Positions 36,373-44,597 of a stretch of 64,000 nt of DNA are shown here, piece after piece; within the stretch, counting starts at the first letter, position 1, and every line of letters starts with the position of its first letter. The notes below the pieces were generated by a model. It did not search any database, had not been told where the DNA came from, and saw only the letters and a program-made list of their open reading frames with translations. Location of the stretch: assembly GCA_012690745.1 (NCBI GenBank), contig GCA_012690745.1_4086.2; one strand, 5' to 3'. Source of the stretch: a phage. Made by a program: the position numbers and the translations under genes.

Positions 36373-36957
36373 ATGCGTAACTATACTAAATTCATCCGTT
36401 CACTTCATGCAATGGAAACCAACAAAGAGATCCTTTCAGCTTGTCGGTTAGCTGGACTGGAGATCGTCGGTGCGGGTTCTTCCCGTATTGTATTCGCTTT
36501 AAATGATCGGTTAGTGATTAAGGTCGCGAATTGTGATGCGGGTGTAGAACAAAATGAAACTGAATGTAAGGTATGGAATTTTTTAGATTATGACCGTCCG
36601 CACCTTAAACAGTTCTTTGCCAAGGTGCATATGCATTTAAGCGATCCTGATAATATGTTTATCGTTATGGATCGGTTGAGTACTGCAAGCAAAGGCAGTG
36701 TAAAGCACGTTAACGCGTGCAACGAATTAAAGTACAATATTAAACGTAATGCAATTGAACGCCAGCACCGCTTTGCTGATGCACTACAACACGTTGATGA
36801 TACACTGTCAACACTAACGATAAGAGATATCAGAAAACAGAATATCGGCCAGGATCGCAACGGCCTTATTAAAGTACTTGATTACGGTTTAACCCGCAAT
36901 ATCTGGAATCAGTACTATAAAAAGCGGGATGTAAAAGCCGTAACTATAACACGATAA
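36373..36957 (+). CDS. protein-kinase-like protein (putative Ser/Thr kinase fold)
   Basis: G-loop VGAGSSRIVF, Lys in VIKV, catalytic-loop-like IRDIRKQN, DYG in place of DFG, with kinase-like spacing; SD AAGGAG. Confidence 0.55.
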   Translation: MRNYTKFIRSLHAMETNKEILSACRLAGLEIVGAGSSRIVFALNDRLVIKVANCDAGVEQNETECKVWNFLDYDRPHLKQFFAKVHMHLSDPDNMFIVMDRLSTASKGSVKHVNACNELKYNIKRNAIERQHRFADALQHVDDTLSTLTIRDIRKQNIGQDRNGLIKVLDYGLTRNIWNQYYKKRDVKAVTITR

Positions 36958-36975
36958 AAAAGATTAAAAAAGGGA

Positions 36976-37004
36976 TTGACTTCGGTCAGTCCCTTTGCTA
37001 TTAT
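36976..37004 (+). promoter_or_regulatory. repeated hairpin-promoter module, copy 3
   Basis: GGGATTGAC-TTCG-GTCAGTCCC hairpin overlapping TTGACT-17-TATTAT. Confidence 0.45.
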
Positions 37005-37098
37005 ATATTCATTGAGAGATAGCTCACTGACCCACAGGGTGCATAAATGTATCTATTATATAAGTATTCAGTACTGAAAACTATTTGATAAAAAGTAC

Positions 37099-37126
37099 TT
37101 GCATTGTACTTAGAATCAAGTATAAT
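37099..37126 (+). promoter_or_regulatory. early-type sigma70 promoter
   Basis: TTGCAT-16-TATAAT. Confidence 0.5.
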
Positions 37127-37178
37127 GTTTTATATCGAGAGGGGGAAATGGTTCTCCCTGGTAATAAGGAATAAAATC

Positions 37179-37400
37179 ATGACTACAATGACTTGCATTT
37201 ACGCTTCCAATCTTCTGAATGATGCGGCCTTTAATGTTGATTCAGAATATCAATGTTATCGGGATGAAAATAAAAAAGTTTTTGTAGTTGATAATAATGG
37301 TTTCCATATTGAATTACAATCCGGTTTCACTGGTGTTGATGGTAAATCAGTGTGGGGCGTACAGGATGATAAAGGCACATATCATTTTAAACGTAATTAA
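37179..37400 (+). CDS. hypothetical protein
   Basis: trimmed to MTTMTCIY; SD AAGGAA. Confidence 0.55.
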   Translation: MTTMTCIYASNLLNDAAFNVDSEYQCYRDENKKVFVVDNNGFHIELQSGFTGVDGKSVWGVQDDKGTYHFKRN

Positions 37401-37403
37401 GTA

Positions 37404-37431
37404 TTGACAAAGTATATCAGTACTGTATAAT
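37404..37431 (+). promoter_or_regulatory. early-type sigma70 promoter
   Basis: TTGACA-16-TATAAT. Confidence 0.55.
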
Positions 37432-37486
37432 AGTTTACATCAAGGGGAGAATAGTTCTCCCCACACCAATAAAAGGAAACAAAATT

Positions 37487-37759
37487 ATGTCCAGCTACTC
37501 CGCTACTATGATCATTAAAGATATGAACGGTAATCCTACTTCTGCTGGTGGATCATTTGGAAATATTAACTTAGATGGGCGGTTATCCATGCAATCAGCC
37601 ATCGATACAGCGAAAGAAGTTTTTAAGAATGAATGTACTGTTAGTAAGCTGGATTATATGGGATTCGCTATCGAGAAAACTACTCGTTTTGTGAACTACA
37701 AAAATCCACTGATGATTGATACTAACCTGAAAGCTAACGAAGTGGGGTACTTATTATGA
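37487..37759 (+). CDS. hypothetical protein
   Basis: ORF track; SD AAAGGAA. Confidence 0.6.
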   Translation: MSSYSATMIIKDMNGNPTSAGGSFGNINLDGRLSMQSAIDTAKEVFKNECTVSKLDYMGFAIEKTTRFVNYKNPLMIDTNLKANEVGYLL

Positions 37760-37947
37760 CAGTAGAAGAAGTAAAAAAAGTACTGGCAGTACTACGATAT
37801 CATAATCATTGCAAGGTGAAGAATGATCCTGATTATCTCGATTCATCCCTGGAGGAAGACACCTTAAACGCGATAAGCCATATGCAAACATTAGCAAAGC
37901 GTATGACCGAAAAGAATAGGCCGGACTATATCGGAAATAAAATTTAA
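37756..37947 (+). CDS. hypothetical protein
   Basis: ORF track; ATGA overlap. Confidence 0.55.
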   Translation: MTVEEVKKVLAVLRYHNHCKVKNDPDYLDSSLEEDTLNAISHMQTLAKRMTEKNRPDYIGNKI

Positions 37948-37954
37948 AAAGTAC

Positions 37955-37982
37955 TTGCATTGTAGTTAGATTAACGTATAAT
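37955..37982 (+). promoter_or_regulatory. early-type sigma70 promoter
   Basis: TTGCAT-16-TATAAT. Confidence 0.5.
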
Positions 37983-38034
37983 GTTTTATATCGAGAGGGG
38001 GAAATGGTTTCCCCTCAAGTCCAGGAGATACACC

Positions 38035-38298
38035 ATGAACGCTATTGAAATCACTATCAATGCACACGTATACGACAACGTAGTACTGCAAACTACTATG
38101 ACCGCTAACGATACCAGTACTTTGCGGAATACTGTTATTAGTGCCGTATGTGCTGCAATCGGTGATGTATCCCTGGAAAATGCAGAACATATCAACAACG
38201 GTTTCACTATGTGCAAGCGTGATAACGCAAAACATATCATCGTAGAAGGTTACGGCGGTGTAGAATTTAATGTTTATATGAAAAAAGTACTTGCATAA
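38035..38298 (+). CDS. hypothetical protein
   Basis: trimmed to MNAIEITIN; SD CAGGAGA. Confidence 0.6.
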   Translation: MNAIEITINAHVYDNVVLQTTMTANDTSTLRNTVISAVCAAIGDVSLENAEHINNGFTMCKRDNAKHIIVEGYGGVEFNVYMKKVLA

Positions 38299-38318
38299 TA
38301 ACTAAAACAAAGTATAAT
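38291..38318 (+). promoter_or_regulatory. early-type sigma70 promoter
   Basis: TTGCAT-16-TATAAT. Confidence 0.5.
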
Positions 38319-38365
38319 GTTTTGCATAGGGGGAGATATCCTCCCCCACTAAAAGGAGTAATAAA

Positions 38366-38590
38366 ATGGCTAACTTTGATGAACTGATGCGGGAAGTAGC
38401 TAACCTGGCAGAAGAGAAGAAATCATTCGATTCTATCTATAACACCGCTCACCGTGATTCAGTACTGGCATGTACTCAGGATCAAAAAGATGAACTAATC
38501 GCCACCTATCATGAAGCATGGAAGTACTACCGACAATGGGAGAAAGAAGAAAGTGAGTCTACCATTGACGGCCTCAATAATCTAATCTAA
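38366..38590 (+). CDS. hypothetical protein
   Basis: ORF track; SD AAGGAG. Confidence 0.6.
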   Translation: MANFDELMREVANLAEEKKSFDSIYNTAHRDSVLACTQDQKDELIATYHEAWKYYRQWEKEESESTIDGLNNLI

Positions 38591-38608
38591 AAGTTTTATT
38601 TCAGTACT

Positions 38609-38638
38609 ATTGACATAGCTTGATAGTACTGATGTAAT
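38609..38638 (+). promoter_or_regulatory. sigma70-type promoter
   Basis: TTGACA-18-TGTAAT. Confidence 0.4.
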
Positions 38639-38666
38639 AACTTTACTAACTACAAGGGGAAACATA

Positions 38667-38924
38667 ATGGAACAGTTCACACAATATCGGGTAAATCCTC
38701 AAGCTATGGCCTACGTAGAAGACCATAAAACATTACCAGTACAGACACCAATCAAAGGCCGTATCTATCGTGCTATGCAGTGGAATAACGCCTATAATGG
38801 CTATAAAGCGGTAGCGGCTGCAATGTACTTAGGGGATGGTGAATGGTTTGATCCAAATAATCCTGGTGCACTAGATAGTACTGAACAAATGACATGGGCC
38901 GACTATATCGAAGATATCTCATAA
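38667..38924 (+). CDS. hypothetical protein
   Basis: ORF track. Confidence 0.6.
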   Translation: MEQFTQYRVNPQAMAYVEDHKTLPVQTPIKGRIYRAMQWNNAYNGYKAVAAAMYLGDGEWFDPNNPGALDSTEQMTWADYIEDIS

Positions 38925-38931
38925 AAACTAT

Positions 38932-38959
38932 TTGACAGTACTACAAGATAATGTATAAT
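38932..38959 (+). promoter_or_regulatory. early-type sigma70 promoter
   Basis: TTGACA-16-TATAAT. Confidence 0.55.
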
Positions 38960-39012
38960 GTTTTACATAGAGCGGGGGAATAGTTCTCCCGCACCTTTAG
39001 GAGTAAAACATT

Positions 39013-39213
39013 ATGTCAATCGCTAACGAATTGGTTGCAGTACTGAATGAAGCAAAAGCCAACCGCATCGATGTACAGATCAAAGAGCTTGGCAATGGCT
39101 TGATCGGCTGTACTTGTTCCGTGCAAACGGCTACCGATTATCGGGAAGTGGAATCACTCGAATCACTGGTACGGTATATTAAAATCCTGGTAGAAGATTG
39201 GAGAATCATCTAA
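39013..39213 (+). CDS. hypothetical protein
   Basis: ORF track; SD AGGAG. Confidence 0.6.
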   Translation: MSIANELVAVLNEAKANRIDVQIKELGNGLIGCTCSVQTATDYREVESLESLVRYIKILVEDWRII

Positions 39214-39234
39214 CAAAAAAGAATAAAAAAGGGA

Positions 39235-39263
39235 TTGACTCTGGTCAGTCCCTTTGCTATTAT
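39235..39263 (+). promoter_or_regulatory. repeated hairpin-promoter module, copy 4
   Basis: GGGATTGAC-TCTG-GTCAGTCCC hairpin overlapping TTGACT-17-TATTAT. Confidence 0.45.
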
Positions 39264-39386
39264 ATACGCATAGACAAAAACTAGCCCACAGGGTGCAGAG
39301 AAGTATCTGTAAGATAGTTAATAACGGTGAGTAACTATCTGCTGGTGGATGTAATTCCAGTACTCAAAACTATTTCAAAAAAAGTA

Positions 39387-39415
39387 TTGACAAAGTATAT
39401 CAGTACTGCAATAAT
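39387..39415 (+). promoter_or_regulatory. sigma70-type promoter
   Basis: TTGACA then CAATAAT about 16-17 bp downstream. Confidence 0.4.
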
Positions 39416-39468
39416 GTATCTCGTAGGGCGGCAATAGTGCGACGGCCCACAAAGTTAGGAGATTCAAA

Positions 39469-39795
39469 ATGAGTACTTCAATCGCTATCGTTAAAGCTTT
39501 CATCCGTACCAATTTCGACCGCATTACTGTTGATGGTAATGATCGGGAAGTAGAATACTCTTTCATCGTTGCACAAACCGCAAACGGTGCACGCTATATC
39601 TTAAACGATAGTGAAGCTAACCACTACTTCTATAATAAAGGATTACACTATATCCCTAGCGAAGTAGTCTACACTAAGATGAATAAATTAGTAGACAAGA
39701 TTAACGCGAAAGGTACTATAGATTTACAGTACTGGACCGAAACAGATCCAGAATACGGATCACATCGTTACCTGAATCCAGGTATTAAAATGTAA
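39469..39795 (+). CDS. hypothetical protein
   Basis: ORF track; SD AGGAGA. Confidence 0.6.
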   Translation: MSTSIAIVKAFIRTNFDRITVDGNDREVEYSFIVAQTANGARYILNDSEANHYFYNKGLHYIPSEVVYTKMNKLVDKINAKGTIDLQYWTETDPEYGSHRYLNPGIKM

Positions 39796-39802
39796 AAAGT
39801 AC

Positions 39803-39830
39803 TTGCATAGTACTTAGAATCAAGTATAAT
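39803..39830 (+). promoter_or_regulatory. early-type sigma70 promoter
   Basis: TTGCAT-16-TATAAT. Confidence 0.5.
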
Positions 39831-39885
39831 GTTTTACATAGAGAGGGGGGAAATGGTTCTCCCTCCTAAATTAAGGAGTTTTATC

Positions 39886-40287
39886 ATGACCTTCTCAATC
39901 ACTTCCTTCGCTGATGTTTTAGTACTGGCTCGGACTTTTGGTAAAGATGCACTGGAGTACGCTGTAAGTAATGGCACTCTCCAACCGGAACAATGCCGCA
40001 TCATTGGAAACTGCAAACGTTGGGCGGTATCCAATACTATTGCACTAGAAAACTTCAACGATGGTAACAATGAGTATTCAGTTGATGCAGTATTCGAAGC
40101 CGTTGATCTTGGCGGTATCTATAACACTAACCTAAATGATGTGCGTATCGTTCGCACGGGGTTCGGTGCTTATGATGTATCTATCCGTGAAGCTATGAAC
40201 ACCGGATACATTAGTAAGGACTTACTTGCTCACATCATGCAGCTATGGACGGAACGTAACGAAGCACGCACTATCTTAGGACTATAA
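39886..40287 (+). CDS. hypothetical protein
   Basis: trimmed to MTFSITSF; SD AAGGAG. Confidence 0.6.
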   Translation: MTFSITSFADVLVLARTFGKDALEYAVSNGTLQPEQCRIIGNCKRWAVSNTIALENFNDGNNEYSVDAVFEAVDLGGIYNTNLNDVRIVRTGFGAYDVSIREAMNTGYISKDLLAHIMQLWTERNEARTILGL

Positions 40288-40355
40288 GCATTACACATCA
40301 CCAAACATCATAGGCCGCTCTCTAGCGGCCTTAACTATATCAGGAGGGCATACAT

Positions 40356-40565
40356 ATGTTCTATACAGTATACAGCGTTCTAGGTACTATTGCTGGCGTA
40401 CATGATAACGTCAGTGATGCTATGCGTACAGTACTGCAACAGGTTCCACTAAAGCCTAAGACTGTTAAGCAGATGACAGCACGACTAACCAGGGCGACGG
40501 ATGGCGTGGAAGTATGGCAGGACTACGGGGATACACAGATAATCGTTAGCGTAACGAAGGATTAA
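40356..40565 (+). CDS. hypothetical protein
   Basis: ORF track; SD AGGAGGG; preceded by AGGCCGCTCTCTAGCGGCCT hairpin. Confidence 0.55.
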   Translation: MFYTVYSVLGTIAGVHDNVSDAMRTVLQQVPLKPKTVKQMTARLTRATDGVEVWQDYGDTQIIVSVTKD

Positions 40566-40756
40566 TGCGTAAAGGGATCTAGTACTGAATCAGAAAAAAG
40601 TCAAGGCGTTTTTAAAATAATGCGTTAAAAAAATGCATAGGTAATCCCTTGACTTTTTTAAAATAAAAGGGATTGGACTATGGCAAAATGCGTAGGGGGC
40701 TAAAGGGCGGGTAACCTTAGCGACTTCGATAAAGGGGTATTACGAATAAAATGTTA

Positions 40757-40784
40757 TTGACTTTTTATACAATTCATATATTAT
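40757..40784 (+). promoter_or_regulatory. putative sigma70 promoter for array 3
   Basis: TTGACT-16-TATTAT; SD GGGAG before ATG 40815. Confidence 0.45.
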
Positions 40785-40814
40785 ATGATTGATATTATTT
40801 TCAAGGGAGTCCCT

Positions 40815-41012
40815 ATGCGTATTTTAACTCAAGCAGAACACCACGAAAGACTTATCAATAACATGGCTATGATAATGTATAAGTCACATGACCGTGGTAT
40901 TGCCTATAAGCGTGAATTAATTATGGCACTATTCATTGGAACTAACTTTCAGGAAAGGTATGTCAAGGATTGGATTTGGTATTTAATTGAAGATGTAACG
41001 AGTAAACTATGA
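40815..41012 (+). CDS. small protein, array-3 family (LGTNYQE motif)
   Basis: ORF track trimmed to MRILTQAEHH; motif FIGTNFQERYV. Confidence 0.6.
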   Translation: MRILTQAEHHERLINNMAMIMYKSHDRGIAYKRELIMALFIGTNFQERYVKDWIWYLIEDVTSKL

Positions 41013-41209
41013 AAATGCGTAAATTAACCGAAAAAGAATATCAAGCACTGTTACGTAAAAACTTCACAAAGATTTATAATACAGACTCACACGTAGAACG
41101 AATGGAGTTATACCTTTTGATTACATTGGGAACTAACTATCAGGATGCATGGGTAACGAAATATGTGGATACATTGAAAAATAAAACATTGTCCACGAGG
41201 AAACAATGA
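41009..41209 (+). CDS. small protein, array-3 family
   Basis: LGTNYQD motif; ATGA overlap. Confidence 0.6.
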   Translation: MKMRKLTEKEYQALLRKNFTKIYNTDSHVERMELYLLITLGTNYQDAWVTKYVDTLKNKTLSTRKQ

Positions 41210-41415
41210 AAACTATAACACGAACCCAATCATTCGGACTTATCTTGAAATACATGGACTTAATGGTGGATATCAGCAAAGACCTGCCTAAAACTGCAAT
41301 TGAAGTTGCAAGAGCAGAGATCCGCATGTTGGCTGTACTGAACACAAACCATCAGGAAGAGTATGTTGACGATTGGATTCGATTTTTAATAGAAGATATT
41401 AAGAGTAAACTATGA
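41206..41415 (+). CDS. small protein, array-3 family
   Basis: LNTNHQEEYV; ATGA overlap. Confidence 0.6.
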   Translation: MKTITRTQSFGLILKYMDLMVDISKDLPKTAIEVARAEIRMLAVLNTNHQEEYVDDWIRFLIEDIKSKL

Positions 41416-41624
41416 TTATATTAACACCTGAAGAATATAAGAAACGTTTTAAATCTGTCCAGGCTGAAATATTACTTATATACCTTTCAAATGCAGATCT
41501 TAACTTATCAAGGGTAATGGAGAAGGATTTACTTATGGGTGCATTTTTGGATACAGACTTTCAGGAGTATTATGTAGGGGAATACTTTATTGCACTTCAG
41601 AACCACATTAAGAGTAAACTATGA
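41412..41624 (+). CDS. small protein, array-3 family
   Basis: FLDTDFQEYYV; ATGA overlap. Confidence 0.6.
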   Translation: MIILTPEEYKKRFKSVQAEILLIYLSNADLNLSRVMEKDLLMGAFLDTDFQEYYVGEYFIALQNHIKSKL

Positions 41625-41836
41625 TTATTCTAGAAAAATCATATCAATATACTGAACGCATCGCTGCCAGACAACTTGAAATCCTCATAGTATATGAAGA
41701 GACTGATGATTTAAACTTAGCATTAGTATTGGAAAATGATATACTATTGGGTGCATTCCTCGGCACAGACTATCAGGAGCACTTCTTGAATGAGTATATA
41801 ATTGCACTCCAGAAATACATTAAGAGCAAACTATGA
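41621..41836 (+). CDS. small protein, array-3 family
   Basis: LGTDYQEHF; ATGA overlap. Confidence 0.6.
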   Translation: MIILEKSYQYTERIAARQLEILIVYEETDDLNLALVLENDILLGAFLGTDYQEHFLNEYIIALQKYIKSKL

Positions 41837-42051
41837 AACATTTAAGTAATTACGAGAAGAATAAAATTATCGTTGCTGCAATAAACAAATATTTTACACT
41901 TCCTCACACAGAAGGTTTATGTGTAAGGGAACACAGGATAAACACCACCGATATACGCATGATGGCTGTACTGGGGACGAACTTTCAGGAAGAGTATGTT
42001 GTTGCACACATAGTTGCCCTCACTGATTTAATAAGGGACAAATGCAAATGA
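41833..42051 (+). CDS. small protein, array-3 family
   Basis: LGTNFQEEYV. Confidence 0.6.
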   Translation: MKHLSNYEKNKIIVAAINKYFTLPHTEGLCVREHRINTTDIRMMAVLGTNFQEEYVVAHIVALTDLIRDKCK

Positions 42052-42356
42052 AACACTTAACTGATGATGAATTTGAAACTATAATTCGTAAACTAACCCC
42101 CATCACAAGGATAGTCTACGGTGACCCCAGCCTTACATGGAACCAAATGCGAGCTAAAGTTAATGAGCTATGGTTGCTGTACTTTATGGGGACTCAATAT
42201 CAAGATAAGTTTTGCACAGAATATATCGAACAATTAACGAATGTTATACAGGATAAACTAGATGATTATTTGCTCACAAAACATGAAGATTTTATCAGGA
42301 GTGGAGTATCAGACTGCCCTCTTCTCTCTTCTAAACACCCTCCGCACGAACAATAA
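42042..42356 (+). CDS. array-3 family member with C-terminal read-through extension
   Basis: 104 aa; usual ...IQDKL end continues into next gene in another frame. Confidence 0.45.
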   Translation: MQMKHLTDDEFETIIRKLTPITRIVYGDPSLTWNQMRAKVNELWLLYFMGTQYQDKFCTEYIEQLTNVIQDKLDDYLLTKHEDFIRSGVSDCPLLSSKHPPHEQ

Positions 42357-42534
42357 ACTTTATAATTCCCGTGAAGCTGATATCGTCAACGCTGATGTAT
42401 ATCTTAATAAATTCATAGGGACTAACTATCAAGAACTGTTCACTCTACGATATATCGCTGCATTGAGAAACGAAATATCAGATAAAACCCGTCAAGCCAG
42501 AAGAGAATGGAATAAACAATGCGACACAGACTAA
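42262..42534 (+). CDS. small protein, array-3 family
   Basis: IGTNYQELF; overlaps the upstream read-through. Confidence 0.55.
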   Translation: MIICSQNMKILSGVEYQTALFSLLNTLRTNNKLYNSREADIVNADVYLNKFIGTNYQELFTLRYIAALRNEISDKTRQARREWNKQCDTD

Positions 42535-42767
42535 ATCACAAAATGTATTGTAAACTATTACAGACACTGGCACAGAAACACTATGACACGGTATCTGGAA
42601 TATTACCCTATGATATCATGCGTTTACTTCACTGTGAGGCCGAGATGCTTGTACTGATGACAGGCACTGATAAAACAGCAATCGCCAGATCGATAGAGCA
42701 ATATATTGATGCACACTGCCAACACATGAGAACCGAAATCTGGAGGAAAGAGAATGATAATTCTTAA
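42519..42767 (+). CDS. small protein, array-3 family (divergent)
   Basis: ORF track. Confidence 0.55.
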   Translation: MRHRLNHKMYCKLLQTLAQKHYDTVSGILPYDIMRLLHCEAEMLVLMTGTDKTAIARSIEQYIDAHCQHMRTEIWRKENDNS

Positions 42768-42969
42768 TGAGTATCAGTATCATTGGAGGTTACAAACTAT
42801 CAAATCAAAAGTGTATAGTATTGTGTTAAACAAATCTATTGCACAAGAGGACAAATGTGTTATAATAGCTGAAATGAAGTTGGGTGTATTCGTAGGGACA
42901 AACTATCAAAACATCTACACTGACGTATTATTAAGTTCCTTACGTAACAAGGTGGTATCCAAAATATGA
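42754..42969 (+). CDS. small protein, array-3 family
   Basis: VGTNYQNIY. Confidence 0.6.
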   Translation: MIILNEYQYHWRLQTIKSKVYSIVLNKSIAQEDKCVIIAEMKLGVFVGTNYQNIYTDVLLSSLRNKVVSKI

Positions 42970-43184
42970 GAAATTTACAAGGCTTTGAATACATCAGACT
43001 CCTGAAAACATGTGGAAGCAGAAGGAGAATGATATCAAGCGATAAGAGCATCCAAGCTAACCTTAAGCACGCACTAGTAACTGAACTTTATGTAGGTGCA
43101 CTCTTAGGCACAAACTATCAACAAATGTATGTAGATCTATGGATTGACGCTCTACAGAAAGAGGTTAAAAGTAAATGCAAATGA
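42966..43184 (+). CDS. small protein, array-3 family
   Basis: LGTNYQQMYV. Confidence 0.6.
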   Translation: MRNLQGFEYIRLLKTCGSRRRMISSDKSIQANLKHALVTELYVGALLGTNYQQMYVDLWIDALQKEVKSKCK

Positions 43185-43393
43185 TTAATTTAAGTAAAGA
43201 CGAATTTTATGTTATACTGGCGAAAACTTATCCAGCACGTAAGGCCGTTTATGATAGTCACATTATTGAACCCTCAAAGAAGTTGATTTTAGTAAATGAG
43301 ATAAAGATGCTTTCAGTCTTAGGAACAAACTATCAAGAGAATGCTGTACTGATGTTAATTGATGCCCTCCAGCGAGAGGTTAAACGTAAATGA
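43175..43393 (+). CDS. small protein, array-3 family
   Basis: LGTNYQENAV. Confidence 0.6.
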   Translation: MQMINLSKDEFYVILAKTYPARKAVYDSHIIEPSKKLILVNEIKMLSVLGTNYQENAVLMLIDALQREVKRK

Positions 43394-43620
43394 AAATGAT
43401 TCATTTAACTTACCATGAATATCAAAAACGTTTAAATGCATCCAGAGATATAAGGATTCAAATATTCAATAACAAAAGATTGAAGCCTGATATCAGGAAA
43501 ATCAAAATCATAGAAGCCGTGTTGTGCAACTTCCTAGGGACTAACTATCAGGAAGGTAAGGTAGAAAACTATCTTATAGAACTCATGAATAGTATTGAAA
43601 ATAAATGTAAGGGTAATTAA
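43390..43620 (+). CDS. small protein, array-3 family
   Basis: LGTNYQEGKV. Confidence 0.6.
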   Translation: MKMIHLTYHEYQKRLNASRDIRIQIFNNKRLKPDIRKIKIIEAVLCNFLGTNYQEGKVENYLIELMNSIENKCKGN

Positions 43621-43621
43621 C

Positions 43622-43861
43622 ATGAAAATGATTAAATTATCTCAAGCAAAATATAAAGAACGCCTGGTAAAAATTGCACCTGGACTTAATGAAATCCATC
43701 ACGGAGAAGTCATTAAACACGGAAATAAGATGATTATGAAACTTGAGTTAAAGGTGGGTGCATTCATAGGAACAAACTATCAGGAGTATTATGTAGATGA
43801 ATACATAATCGCACTTAAGAGATACATTGGAAGAAAACTATATCTACAAACTAAAGAATAG
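43622..43861 (+). CDS. small protein, array-3 family
   Basis: trimmed to MKMIKLSQAKY; IGTNYQEYYV. Confidence 0.6.
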   Translation: MKMIKLSQAKYKERLVKIAPGLNEIHHGEVIKHGNKMIMKLELKVGAFIGTNYQEYYVDEYIIALKRYIGRKLYLQTKE

Positions 43862-43890
43862 TATTGAAAATAAATGTGAGGTTGATGAAC

Positions 43891-44154
43891 ATGCAAATGA
43901 TCAATTTAAGTAAAGATGAATATACCGAGCGTATGACAAAAATTACGCACAAACGTAATACAATCTATCACAACCCAGAAATTCAACACAGTAAGAAAAT
44001 GATTATGATGCGTGAGTTAAAGATGGGTGTATTCTTAGGAACAAACTATCAAGATACAGAAGTAAATCGCTTAATCGCGGAGTTACTACTGGAAATCAAA
44101 GGTAAGCTGTACTTTTATCAAATGACCCAACCACTAAGGTGTACTAAGAAATGA
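43891..44154 (+). CDS. small protein, array-3 family
   Basis: trimmed to MQMINLSKDEY; LGTNYQDTEV. Confidence 0.6.
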   Translation: MQMINLSKDEYTERMTKITHKRNTIYHNPEIQHSKKMIMMRELKMGVFLGTNYQDTEVNRLIAELLLEIKGKLYFYQMTQPLRCTKK

Positions 44155-44366
44155 TCAACATCACATTGCAAGAAAGATTCATCCGAATCAACTATGCAAT
44201 TACCAAATTAGATGCTACTATAGGCAACCAAAGTTTACCGTTCAAAACAAGAATGATATTAGAGTGCGAAGCCAAGTTAGGTGTACTGTTAGGGACGCAA
44301 CACCAACAACGATATGTGGAAATCTGGATTGATCTTTTAACCCAAAATGCACATGAGAGAATGTAA
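44151..44366 (+). CDS. small protein, array-3 family
   Basis: LGTQHQQRYV. Confidence 0.6.
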   Translation: MINITLQERFIRINYAITKLDATIGNQSLPFKTRMILECEAKLGVLLGTQHQQRYVEIWIDLLTQNAHERM

Positions 44367-44597
44367 ATGCAAAAGGAAATGATATACTTAACACATGATG
44401 AATTTCAAGAGAAGATGTTAAAAGCCAATAACATTACTCTTAAGTTCGTTCCAAATCAATCAATATATGAAATGTCTGCGAATGTATTGTTTCAGAAGCT
44501 ACCATACGTTCTTGGAACTGATAAACAAGAATTTATGGTTCAAAATATGATTGAGCATCTTGCAATGAGTATTATGGAAAAAGTAAATGCAAAATGA
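44367..44597 (+). CDS. small protein, array-3 family
   Basis: LGTDKQEFMV. Confidence 0.6.
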   Translation: MQKEMIYLTHDEFQEKMLKANNITLKFVPNQSIYEMSANVLFQKLPYVLGTDKQEFMVQNMIEHLAMSIMEKVNAK

